From: Lama glama
Lineage: Eukaryota
DNA: 64,000 bases
Assembly (NCBI GenBank): GCA_028534125.1
Contig: CM052818.1
Coordinates: 30,630,001 to 30,694,000, forward strand
Reading direction: 5' to 3'
This document shows positions 29,087 to 40,779 of the stretch, piece by piece (within the stretch, counting starts at the first letter, position 1; the number at the start of each line of letters is the position of its first letter). Position numbers and translations under genes: made by a program. Under the pieces are notes generated by a model. The model saw only the letters and a program-made list of their open reading frames with translations. It was not told where the DNA came from and ran no database searches.

Positions 29087-29601
29087 GTAGATAGATAGGT
29101 AGATATAGATATAGATACACACACACACAAAGGAATACTACTCAGCCACAAAAGAGAATAAAATAATGCCGTTTGCTGCAACACGGGTGGACCTGGAGAA
29201 TGTCATTCTAAGTGAAGTAAGCCAGAAAGAGAAAGAAAAATACCATGTAATATCACTTATATGTGGAATCTAAAAAAAAAGACACAAATAAACTTATTTA
29301 CAAAATGGAAACAGACTCACAGATGTAGAAAACAAACTTATGGTTACCAGGAGGGGAAGAAGTGGGAAGGGATAAATTGGGAGTTCGAGATTTGCAGATA
29401 ATACTAAATAATAGATAAAATAGATAAACAACAAGTTTATACTGTAGAGCACAGGGAATGATATTCAATATCTTGTAGTAACCTATAATGAAAAAGAACA
29501 TGAAAACAAATATATGTGTGTTCATGTATGACTGAAACATTACGCTGTACACTGGAAATTGACACAATGTTGTAAACTGACAATACTTCAATTAAAAAAA
29601 A
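28168..29601 (+). mobile_element. 5'-truncated L1 (ORF2 C-terminus plus 3' UTR), lineage-specific
   Basis: ORF 28628..28936 (...[19 protein letters not shown]...[23 protein letters not shown]) is the L1 ORF2 C-terminus; poly(A); TSD-like AAAA(T/A)TCATGCTT at 28155-28167 and 29631-29643. Confidence 0.92.
29041..29128 (+). repeat. (GATA)n/(AT)n/(CA)n compound microsatellite inside the L1
   Basis: ATAGATAGATAG... tract followed by a CA run. Confidence 0.95.
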
Positions 29602-32310
29602 GAATTGATACTCTCTTCAATATCAAGAAAAAAAATCATGCTTTGGAAAAATGGCAAATATTATGTCATAAAACTTTGGAATTATTCACAAACAGCTAAA
29701 ATCCCAAATATTAATCCACAAATGCCAAGGATCAACTGGCCTTCAAGGCTCTAGAGAGAAGGGTAGACAGTGGGAGAGAAAATGACAGCCTGGCCATTGT
29801 GAATATCACTGTCACCCATATTACATTAATCAGAACTCAGTAATATAGCTTTATCCACAATAAGAGGGCTGGGAAATGTCGCTTCTGGCTGGCAATGGTT
29901 TCCCAGCAGAAACTCTCCATTAGAGGAGGGCGTGAATATTTGGTGGGCAGGTAGACATGTCTGCCACACTTACCTTCTATTAGGTGCAGGGAGACAGACA
30001 ATACCCATGTAAGTGAGCACATTATATAGGATTTCAGAAGATAATAAGAAAAATAAGTCAGAGGAGGGGAACAGGGGCTGCAAACAATTGTGGAAATAGT
30101 TTTCCCCAATGGTCCTCATCCAGCCATACTGTCTACAGAGAATATGCGAACTGATCCTTTGAGTGAGCCAAGTAGTAAGGACCCTCCTTCCTGAATTGTG
30201 CTGGAGCAGCTCAGACTGGAGAGATACCTGACTTGGTATCCAGACAAGCCCACGTTGTCATTGTCACACTGATGGTAAGATTACAGAGTATATTGAAAGA
30301 CATAATAGATGCACACAGATAAAGTGGATTTAAATTTGCTTCTGGGCCTTTTCTGTTCTTTGAGCTTTTTGTCTGAAGTATTGGCCCAGGCTGAAGTTCA
30401 GATGCTTTTAGTTTTGACTCTGTATCCGCTTTTAGACAATCCTACCTTGTTGATTATAAAAGGATCTACTTCCCAGACGTATATAGGAAATAAAAGGTTG
30501 ATTTTCTCAGTAGTAATAGTAATAATAGTGTGGCCTTTATGCTGAAGAGTACTAGCTGGTTACCTAATATCAACGACAGAAGATTAGTTGGAAAGAAGCT
30601 GGTGAGGGACATTAAATGGTGCTAAGAATATATGATGTGATGGAAGAAAGTTCCATTATTTGGTAAAAGGCAGAGGCTTAGACATTTCTGAAACCTCAAC
30701 TTATTCCCTGCATTGTGGGCTCAATTCAATGAGAATGTATTCATCCTTTTTCTATACCTGGCCATATGCTGGGCACCAGCTATATAGCTGTAAACAATTC
30801 TGCTCCTGGTCTCAGGGGTTCACCATCCAGGCATGAGAGAAAGACACTTCACTGACCAGAAGGCTGGATTTCAGCCCAGCTGAGAAGGCTCAGGAGTGCT
30901 ATCCTAACAATCTTGGGTTTCATGCTTCCTAGTTCGTGAAGAACCATCAAAGAGATGATTTCTATGCTGGGTAGTGGGTGATATATGTAGAAACTGGTAC
31001 TTGCTTACTATATGACAGTTGACAACTCAACCTATCTGACCACCATTTTCTTTGTCTAGAAAGGGAAGATAATAATAATTTCCCTGCTCATCTTGCAGGT
31101 ATTTTATAAGGATCAAAAGAAATCACATTATGCAAAAGAAATGTTATTCAGGCATCAAGAACTATTATTAGGACTGGTTAGTAATGTAGACATCTGGGAG
31201 AACATGGGAGGACTTGAGTGCTGGGCAGTGATGCTCTGAGAATATAGCAAGACCTTTCATCTGGAATGGGCATATGTAGGAGGGAAACCAGTATTTTTTT
31301 AAAAAGCCAATAACTTAGTAAAAAAAGAATAATCTGAACAGAGGAATATTTTGAAAGAAAAGTGATTTTTTTTCTTTTCAAGTACAGTTTGTTGTAAGTG
31401 AAGAAAATGGACAGGAGATGCCTGTTGGGCATAGACAAAAAGGCACATCTGGATTCAAAGAGCAGGAGTGAGCAGACCAGAGGCACGGCTGCAGAGGCAG
31501 GTTACAGGCTGGTAGTGAGACTTCTGCAGGGATCTGGTGGTCTGCCAGGGCACAAGCTACTTGAGAATCAACTCAAAGTCAGTAAAGGCTTTATAGCTGT
31601 CGACCCAACCCTGATCAAGTCTTCAGGGAACACTCCAGGGTTTTCCTGAATTACTCTTCCTTTTGCAGGGAGCACTGGGCCCCAGGAGAGCTCATTCTTC
31701 CAGAAATAACGACTTGGCTCTTGGCAGCATTTTCCCTCTTCTTATCTCTTAAGATTTCCTGAAAATGTTATTCTAAGAAGAAGAGGCTTGTATCCAGGAG
31801 GCCTCAGGGTTTTCCTGTGGACTTTGGAACCCCACAAGCCAATGAAGTGCATATTATACACCAAGACAGTCCTTAGGAAAATGGAGGAAATTAATGTAAT
31901 GTAAGTTGTAGTTGGCCTATTTCAAGACCATGAAGTTCCATTATTCAGCCCAAGTTTAAGAATTCATCCCAACGTTGAAAGCACATACAGAAGATCTTCA
32001 GCTTAGGGAGGGTGATATTTATTTTAGTCTGTGTCCCCCTAATTTATAGCATCTTGGAAAATTGCAGAGAAGGACATAGTCAGAAATATTTTTCTGAATT
32101 AGAAGTAATCATACTAAGTCAAAGGTTTTGCTGAGTCTCAGCATTACAGAAATAAACTAGTTATTATAGTTATTATAGAAATAAAATCTGAATGACAGCA
32201 TAAGCCCTTATTGAAAATGTGTTTCACTTTCATTTTCAGTGTTCCATAGTAACTGGAATTTCATCTTCAAGTAAGAGAAGGGGGCTGAGTGGGAAGTAAA
32301 TCAATCTCTA

Positions 32311-32546
32311 TAGTTGGATCTCTGTATCCACGGATTTCAAATCTGCAGATTCAACCAACCAAGGGCTGGAAGTGAGATCCAGGATTAGTTGAATCTGCAT
32401 GCTAAACTGTAAATACAGATGTAAAGGGCCAACTATATTCACTGTACTTTTATATATCATTTTATATAAGGAACTTGAGCTTCTGCAGATTTTGGTATCT
32501 GCGGGAGTCCTGTAACCAATCCCCCGCAGATACTGTGGGGCAACTG
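32311..32546 (-). mobile_element. MER2-like Tigger (Tc1/mariner) element
   Basis: TA flanks on both sides; degenerate terminal inverted repeats tagttggatctctgtatccacgg ... cccgcagatactgtggggcaactg. Confidence 0.75.
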
Positions 32547-33133
32547 TACATATTGAGTATTTACTATGGACAACACATCTTACCTCTGCCCTATTTAAGT
32601 CTCACCAGAGTGGATTCCTACAGAGTAGGTATAGTCATCCCCACTTCCTAGATGAGAGTGAAGCCAAGAGTTATTTTTGCCATAAGTCACACAGAAGTGT
32701 TAGGGCTAATATTCAGGTTTGTCTGCCTAACCCCAAACTTGAGCTCTTTAGTCAGCCTTCCCCCTTTACCTTCAAAGTGTTCTGAGACTTTGGCTAGAGA
32801 CTGGCTGGGAGGAAGTGGAGGTCTGGTAAAGCTGAGTAGATCAGTGAATAGAGGGAAAGCTTCTCAATCCCAGAGGTGTGGGCACTGTCTGGGCAATCAA
32901 CCCATTACAGAACACCACCCAAAGCTGAGCCCCTCTACGTCTTTCCAACTCCTTTCTTCTTACTCCTTTTAGGGCAGGATTTCTTAGTAGTGGCTCTATT
33001 GACGTTTTAGACCAGGTAGTTATTCCTTGCAGAAAGCTCTCCCGTGCACCTGTAAGGTTAAATGTTCAGTAGCATCCTTGGCCTCTATTAATTAGATCCC
33101 ATTAGCACCTTTCCCTAGGCATGACAATAAAAC

Positions 33134-33650
33134 CGATGGAAGAAATTTTCACATATTGAAGTACGGGGAAGTCATTCTGGCTTATATATCTTTTAACTTA
33201 AACTTTGTGCTAATTAGAACAGCCTATTTTGACTATTAGACATACATTGTACATCTGCTTTAACTGATAAAGAGAAGGGTCCATTGGCCAGAAGTAAAAA
33301 TATCTGTTTTAGAGATAAAGATTAAATGTCTCCCTTCCTGGGGCACCAGCGCTAGTACTACTTCAATGATGAGGCTCCTTTCCCAAGCCCCAGGGCCATA
33401 CTGCCTCGCCGTAGACATGTGTGTACGTGATGATCTGTCTTCTTTGGAACCTTGAAATAATGTACGCTTGTCATGTTTGATGTTCTTTGTTCTGACACAT
33501 TATAAACCTGTGCTGAAAACCATGCTTCTCTGAAACAGTTTCTCACAGCAATCTGGGAGGCTGTCTCCCAGACTATAGTCCTCAGTTTAGCTCAAATAAA
33601 ACTCTCTTCTATTCTTGTTATAGATTGATTATTGATGATTTTCTTTCACA
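33134..33650 (+). repeat. 5' LTR of the ERV
   Basis: Begins (C)GATGGAAGAAATTTTCACATAT and ends ...TTTCACA; TATAAA at 33501; AATAAA at 33595-33600; homologous to 39024-39540. Confidence 0.9.
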
Positions 33651-33655
33651 TTACT

Positions 33656-33673
33656 CGGTGTAGTCAGCAGGAT
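33656..33673 (+). other. Primer-binding site complementary to tRNA-Ser
   Basis: CGGTGTAGTCAGCAGGAT versus TGGCGTAGTCGGCAGGAT (complement of the tRNA-Ser 3' end): 15/18 match, two of the three mismatches are CpG-decay type. Confidence 0.8.
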
Positions 33674-35795
33674 ATCTGAAAAACCCACCTGAGGTCACCT
33701 GGAGTCTACTATGGACCAGCTCTCAGTACCAAGCACAGACCCCGTGAGCACCACCACCCCGGCTTCACCACATTCTTCTGGTGCCTTGGTGAGTTCTTCT
33801 GATATACGGACCTCCTTATCTTAGGTTTGACCTTCCTTTGACTTTTATTCTAGTTGTTATTTTAAGACTTGGCATTTTATTGCAGTATCAGTGCATTTCC
33901 TAGATAAAAAGGAACTAGGAGGAGATCCTAGGCAAGAAAAGCCTAGAAGAAACTTTGGAGTGCTTTCCTAGGCAGAGACCTTTCGGTGATTTCTTACCCA
34001 GAGACCTAGAGGGAATTCTTAGACTGGAAAAGCCTAGAATGAACTTTAGAGTAAACTGGGTTGGCTGACCTTTTTCTCAAATTTGGCTTAAATTGGAAAG
34101 ATTTGTGTATATATATTATGAAGTAGCTATTTGACAGCAAAATGAGAGATCGCATCCATTCAGCTCTCAAGAGAAGGGCGCTAGTTCCTACCAACCTAGA
34201 GACATTCTCAGGCAACCTGGAGGAATCATCTGAGAACTGATCATAGTGATGAGTAAGGTCCCATAGGGAACTCCATCATGACACTTCGTGTAATTTATAG
34301 TTCTCCTGGGATGCACACGTAAGAAATGGTCTTTCAGTGCTCTGATCCCCCACAGTGGTTTTAGACCACTACAGGAGAAGATGAGACATGAAAAAGCTAG
34401 ACCAACTCAAGGGTGACACCTTGATAAACTTAAGCTCACAGGTAGCACACTTCTGACCCACTACACTGCCCTTAGAAACTGTTCAGACCTTATAAATAAA
34501 ATGAAAGTAAAGGAAAATGGGAAATAGCACTTCTAAAGCCTCCCAGCTCCCAGCTGGGCAGCTACCCACTAGCAGTCGGACTGACTTCATGGAAAGTTGA
34601 TACTGAACCAATACTATGAAGTACTTACCTGGCCCTAACATGACCAGGGTAGGGCTCTTCTGACATTCTGAAACTGGTTTTATGTATGCAGCTGGAAAAT
34701 AAAGCTGGCTTGATAAAACATCTTTTCAAAATTCTGACCCACAAAGTACTTCTTGGAGAAAGCTTAAAGTTCTAACTTTTACCATGTCCTTGAAATGTAA
34801 ACATAGCCCACATCACCTGAGACCATAGCCTTGGCTTAATCAGTAGAACCTAAAATTTAAAACAAACAGACAAAAAAGAACAACAATTAAAAAAAAAAGA
34901 AGAAGAAGAGAAAAGAGGCCTTTTCAAACTCAAGCAGGAAAACTATTAGATCTCTATCTGTGTATATCTGGATATATGTGTGTCTATGTTTGATTATAGA
35001 CATGGTATGTCTCTACCTTTGGATGGTATTGTCAAAATTAATTTGTAAAAGAGCTCTATTTCATTGGCTTAAACAAGTAAATGCTTATATAAATTCTCAG
35101 AAATAAAATAGGAACTCACTCAAAGGAATTTTGGGTTCATTTGATCTGGGAAATATTCGTTATTAAATTAATGTTCAGTATTAAAGTTAGTTTAAGCTAT
35201 TGGTATAATTAATACAGACATGTCTTTAGAGTCATCAACAATGAGAATAATACTTTTATTGTACCTGGCTTTACAGAAAGTCAATAAACTCATGTTATCT
35301 CTGTTAGAAGATTTGTCAACAAGAAAATTAACTTGATATGATGATATTTTCATAAGTAATAAAATAGAGATAAATGGTTTTTAAGTAGATTACTTAAGAA
35401 TAATTATGTTTTATGGTATGTCTACTTAAAAATATTTTTTCCAGGTTTTTTGTTACTTGAAACTTTAGAGTTTTGCTAAATTAAGTTTAATGATGGGAAG
35501 TCATTTAATGTCTAGATCATTTTTAATAATAAGATACTGAAATATTAATTGCCAAGCAAGTCTATGTTAACCTACTTTTGTCTTTTATTGGAGAAAAACT
35601 AAAGATGTTTGGTTTATTGCACACATGTCTTATATCATATTGAGGAATGAAAGTATGCTGTGAGTGTATGTATGTTTCTTGAAGTTATGGAATATTGTAT
35701 ATACGTTTGCCAATCAGGAAATGCTAGTATGGCAGTTCGCAATTGTTGCTTCTTGGGTTTTGCTAGAGATTAAGGCTCAAGGGTTAAAAATTGTA

Positions 35796-35826
<31 letters not shown>

Positions 35827-36924
35827 AATTAACCTACTAGAAATAATAAGAGAAACATTTCAGTATGCAAGGAAAGTAGGGTGTGTGATTCCAGTAAAAG
35901 AAGGTATGAGAAATGGAAATGCATTTTGTTAAGGTAAAAAGAAAATGATTTTGTCCTGAATCTGGTTATTTCTAAATGGGAAAGAAAATAAGAGACAAAC
36001 TAATCTGGGTATAGAAAGTTGTGGGAGGTTTGTGAGAAAAGAGCTTTGTGTGTAGTCAGGACTGGCTAAGATTAGACTGAATTTAACTGAGTGAATAAAT
36101 TTTAATATTAAAGGTAAGGTGCGGCAAAACTAGAATTTGGTTCTCTCTCAGTTAGGATGACAAAGTTTTCTTGGAATATTGATTTGTTTTGATAACAGAT
36201 TGTAAAGGTTTCTTTACACTTTGAGCAATCTGTTGTCTTTCTGTATTTGCATTTGAAATATTTTATATTGTCCCTTTGGTTAAGTGAATGACTAAGCATT
36301 TTTTGACAGTGACTTATTTGACTAAACATTTGAAAAACCTTTTTGTATTTTTGGAAAACTTTCCTATATTCAAATCCTAAATGAAGTCTTTTGGTTTGAA
36401 ATTAATTTTGAGATATTTCTCCCTCCTTATAAAAACAGATGTATTAAACTAATTAGGCACATTGTCATGGGAAGCATTGTCAAATAAAAAGTAAGATTCA
36501 GTCTTTATGTAGTGTCCATGTAAATATGCATTATAAGTGTTCCAGAGATTACATGAAATTCCTAGGAGTCTTACATGTCCTGACATAAAACAGTATCTGT
36601 CATCAAAATTGAGACTTAGACTAAAGGGACTGAACCCAAGTATCAGGGAAATGCCCTAGCTGACTTTTATGAAAAGGCAGCAACAACAGAATCTGTAAAG
36701 ATTATGGCATGTGTAAATTAAGTCCAGTCTTCTTCTGCAGAAAAAATTAATTCCCCATTGTCAGACTTTTGCCGTCTTGATGTCCTTGAAACATGGCAAC
36801 AGTCTGATCCCAGATCAGAGAAATTAGGATGAGTAAGGAATAGCTGTGAATTACAAAGTTGGGCCTTGGGAAACCCAAGATGACCACTTGGCTCTTCCTG
36901 GATCCCTGGCAAGCCCCAGTTTTC

Positions 36925-37155
36925 ATTTGATGGGTTAAAGCCTTCCCTTACTGCAAGGCTGATGCCCTCACAATGACAAAGAAACTGCTATAAAATACGT
37001 TTTTTATTTGAGGTATACTGTCTACAATCTCCAGTGATCAGTGCACCCAATTTCTGGGCAAAACATATGAGCCTTAACAAAAGCCTTGCAAACATCTTCA
37101 ACTTGTCACTGACACTATCACCCTCAATCATCAGGCAAGGTGGACAGAACTAAAG
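36925..37155 (+). pseudogene. Degenerate retroviral integrase core fragment
   Basis: Fragments translate as WVKAFP, STISSDQCTQF and YHPQSSGKVDRT, interrupted by frameshifts and stops. Confidence 0.7.
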
Positions 37156-38194
37156 GAAAAACTGGGCTCAAGCAGACCAAGAATTAGTTACATGGGATTG
37201 AATGAACTGATAAATATAATGATAATTTTAGTGATATTTTTGTCTGAAATATTACTGACTTTTCATCTTTATTTTTCAGATATAAGGAGACCTTTCTCTT
37301 AAGCTAATTATGACTTATACCAATTTGGTAAATTACACCTTTGTATTCAGAATTCAATCTTTATCTTTTCTCCCTACCAGATCCCACCAGAATTTGGAAA
37401 CTCTTAGTGAATACTCTTATTTTCATGGCAATATAGTTATTTGCATAAGTTCAGTAAGAATTTGTTCTCCTTATAACAAGACACAATTGGAAACATTGAC
37501 TATATTACCATGGCTTTGACTGAAGTGTCATATTCAGGACTATACATAAGATGAAATATGACTAGATAGTTTTAAGAAACTAGGGTAGACTTTATGGAAC
37601 TATAAAACTCCTGGTACCTTGCTTACAGGGTTCCCAGCAATCTTACCAGATTAATAAGGAAGGCTACTTTCTGGCACTTGCAGGAACCTCAAGATATTTT
37701 TGACCTTGAGAAGAGAGAAACCTTCCCAAACCTATAGGTATTGCAGGCAGAATCTGATGGCAAGTCTTTGACATGGCTTTCCTGGCCTGGAGAAGCCTTT
37801 TGTAAGTTCAATTTGGGATTCCTTATGAAAAGTTCCAACAAAGTCAAACGTAAAAGAGCCTGTAAGATCAAATAATCAAATAATAATAGGGTAACTGTGT
37901 TGAAATCAGACATATTTTGCAAACAAATTAGTCTTAATTTGGCTGTATTTTGTAGAAATGATGATAATTTTAGAGAGAAAAAATTATGTTTCATTTATAT
38001 ACCTTCATGGATATTAAGTTCTCATGTAGTTAATTATCTGTGAGGTTTGGTATTTACTGCCTGAGACTCACTTCCCAGATGGCTCCTTTTTTCTGTGTAG
38101 CATTATTATAAAGTTTAATTGAATTATTAAAAGGACATTCTAAGCTTGGTTCTGAAGCTTACCTCATTAAACTATCTTTGAACAAAGATCAGAT

Positions 38195-38370
38195 GCCCCA
38201 TGACCTGAAACCAGGAGATGGTGCACATTGGAAATAAACCAAACAAAATGTTCTTTGCAGTCATGTTGGACAGGACCTTATCAGGTATTATTTACTAATC
38301 CATGTGCTATCAAATTAAAAGGCATAGACCTATGGATTCACATCTGTCATTTAGAAAAGGCCCCTCCACC
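38195..38370 (+). pseudogene. Degenerate integrase C-terminal GPY/F domain
   Basis: HDLKPGD..HWK* followed by WTGPYQVLFTNPCAIKLKGIDLWIHICHLEKAP, typical of gammaretroviral integrase. Confidence 0.8.
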
Positions 38371-39023
38371 TGAGTAGACCTTGACACCTATTTCTGGCAC
38401 CTGGCTTCTACTGACTAAGGCAAGCACCACCGAAGCCAGGATAAGATGACGACAGTGGTAGACAGCTGACCCAAGTATCCAGAGACTCATCCTACCAGTT
38501 CTATTGAACTGTTTACCAAATGTTTGTCTCCCTATCAAATAGAAAATTGTCTTATTTCTGACTATACTTTTGTCTCAGTGTTCAGGATGGAAAGAACATT
38601 CTCTAGTAAAGTCACAGAGTATAGCTACTGGGGGAGATATAACAGATTGTTGAATCTGTCATCAAATTCCTTGGTCAATACAAGACTGACAAAGGCCCCT
38701 CATAATACCCTCCACTGACTTGTCAGATGCTCCTAACATTACCACTCATCTAGACTGACCTCTCTCTGGCCTAACATTTCAGGTTCAAATTCTTCAACAT
38801 ATTAATGTGTACATCCCTTGTTTGATACAGTCCTCAGTCTTTAGAGACCAGACACAACTTTCCCTAGGACCACGTCACTCCTTTTCCTATAAAAAAGAAG
38901 AGAGGAAGTCCTAGTCCTGAGAAACATATTGGGCAGGCAGCAAGCATTCTTGCATCAAGGGACAAATATTTTGATCATCAGTGTTTTCTTTTGAGAGATT
39001 TTGTTTCAATCAAAAGAAGGAAA

Positions 39024-39540
39024 TGATGGAAGAAATTTTCACATATCAAGGTATATAGGGAAGTCATTCTGACTTATACATGACCTTAACTTTATGCTAA
39101 CCAGAGCAGCCTGTGTTGTGGCCTATTAAACATACACTGTACTTCTGCTTTAACTGATAAAGAAAAGGGCCCACTGACCAGAAGTAAAAATGTCCATTTT
39201 AAAGATAAAGTGTTTCCCTTCCGGGGACACTGGTCTAGTACTCCTTTGATGATACGTCTCCTTTCTCCAGGTGCCAGGGCTATGTGGACCTACTGTGTAT
39301 GTGCTGATCTGTCTTTTATTTATTTATTTTTTTGAAACCGTGAAGAAATGTATTCCTGTCATGTTAGATGTTCTTTTTTCTGACAAAGTATAAAACAGTT
39401 CTAGAAAACCATGTTTCTCTGAACAGTTTTTCAGTTATCTGAGAGACTGTCTCCCAGATTAGAGTCCTCAGTTTGGCTCAAATAAAACTCTTCTATTACT
39501 ATTATTTTTATAGATTGATTATTGATGACTTCTGTCACCA
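39024..39540 (+). repeat. 3' LTR of the ERV
   Basis: Begins TGATGGAAGAAATTTTCACATAT right after the polypurine tract; AATAAA at 39481; ends ...TCACCA (end +/-1 nt). Confidence 0.9.
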
Positions 39541-39923
39541 AAACATATCACCAGAACAAAACGCCAGACATTGCCAGGAGACTCCCGGGGTGGGCATCCC
39601 GACTCCCCAGTTAAGAACCACTGTTCTATGTTGACCAATTATCTTAATTTTCCCTGGACTGAGGAATTTGCCAGGGATTTAGTGCTAAAACCAAGACAGC
39701 TGGGGACAAACTGGGATGATTAGTCCCCCTTCAAGTGGAATTTCATCTCCTGACTAAATAAAGGCTGTTGTGGAGAGGGGTACTGTGCTGATAACATGGA
39801 TGTTATCCTGGCTGTCTTCAGTTTCTCTAAGTTATTTCTATACCAAGCACATCTTCCCATTACTGCTTTTGTCCCCCTTGAGCCTTTGAAAGGCTAGCTG
39901 AGTAGAAGACCAGAGGGAATGCT

Positions 39924-39924
<1 letters not shown>

Positions 39925-39970
<46 letters not shown>
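39925..39970 (+). repeat. (GT)23 microsatellite
   Basis: Perfect GT dinucleotide run. Confidence 0.98.
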
Positions 39971-39972
<2 letters not shown>

Positions 39973-40779
39973 TGTGGGGGGGGGTGAGGGGCAGTTGGGT
40001 GCTGGACTTTAGAGAGCCCATTGGTGCTGCCCGGATGGGTGATATGCATGTGTGTTTATACTCGGAGTTAATGGTTACTGGATGGGTGAAGGTTTTCAGC
40101 TCTGTATTAATTTGACCTATGCCTATGAGATATGCACATTTTATTTGGTACAGTATTTGAAATATTTTTATGAGTTATGCTGACAATTTAATCAAGGGCA
40201 TTTCCATGAGAGAAACAAATAAAAAGAAGTTCTCAAAAGTGGTTCATTATCGGAATTATTTTTGTTGTGCTGTTGAGAATACATTTGCAATAGTAATAAA
40301 AATTTGGGTTGTTTACAAATTTACAAAGCACTTCCAAAATACATCATTCATCCCTTGGCCTTTTGCTCTTGGTGTCATTCATTTACCTATTTACAGGATG
40401 AAAATAAGTGAGTTCTGAAAGTGGTAAGTGATCTGCAGAGGTCAAATGCCAGATTTTGCATGCGAATCACTGGGCTCTGCACTTTGTGACTCCATCCTTC
40501 TCCAGGCTGTGAGAGAATGAGCCCTGCATGTGCGTGCTGAGTCTGGGTTGCTGTAAACCTAAACGGTAAAATGAAAGTGTAGATGCAGAGGCTGTGAATC
40601 ATCTCTATAGCTATGGCTATGACTATGACTATGACCATGGCCCTGCCCCCTTCTCTGTCTTAACCAAGGGGATGTTGTAGTTTCCACGAGGATACAGCCT
40701 AAGACCCATGGTCATCTGGCACCAAGGCACCCTGTCCCCCACCTTGGTGATACCTGTCTGTGTCTTCCTCTGTGCTTTT

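Larger units (their letters stand above)
33134..39540 (+). mobile_element. Class I (gammaretrovirus-like, ERV1/MER4-group-like) endogenous retrovirus with two LTRs, coding-dead
   Basis: Paired ~515-bp LTRs; PBS; polypurine tract at 39011-39023; AAAC target-site duplication (33130-33133 and ~39541-39544); degenerate integrase remnants. Confidence 0.9.
32975..39623. mobile_element. MER20-like hAT DNA transposon split by the ERV (halves ~32975-33133 and ~39545-39623)
   Basis: Left half ...TATTGACGTTTTAG...AGCATCCTTGGCCTCTA...TGACAATAAAAC continues on the right as CCAGACATTGCCA...AGTTAAGAACCACTG. Confidence 0.75.

Noticed and set aside
35797..35823. (TA)n tract
   Set aside because: Common microsatellite within the AT-rich ERV interior
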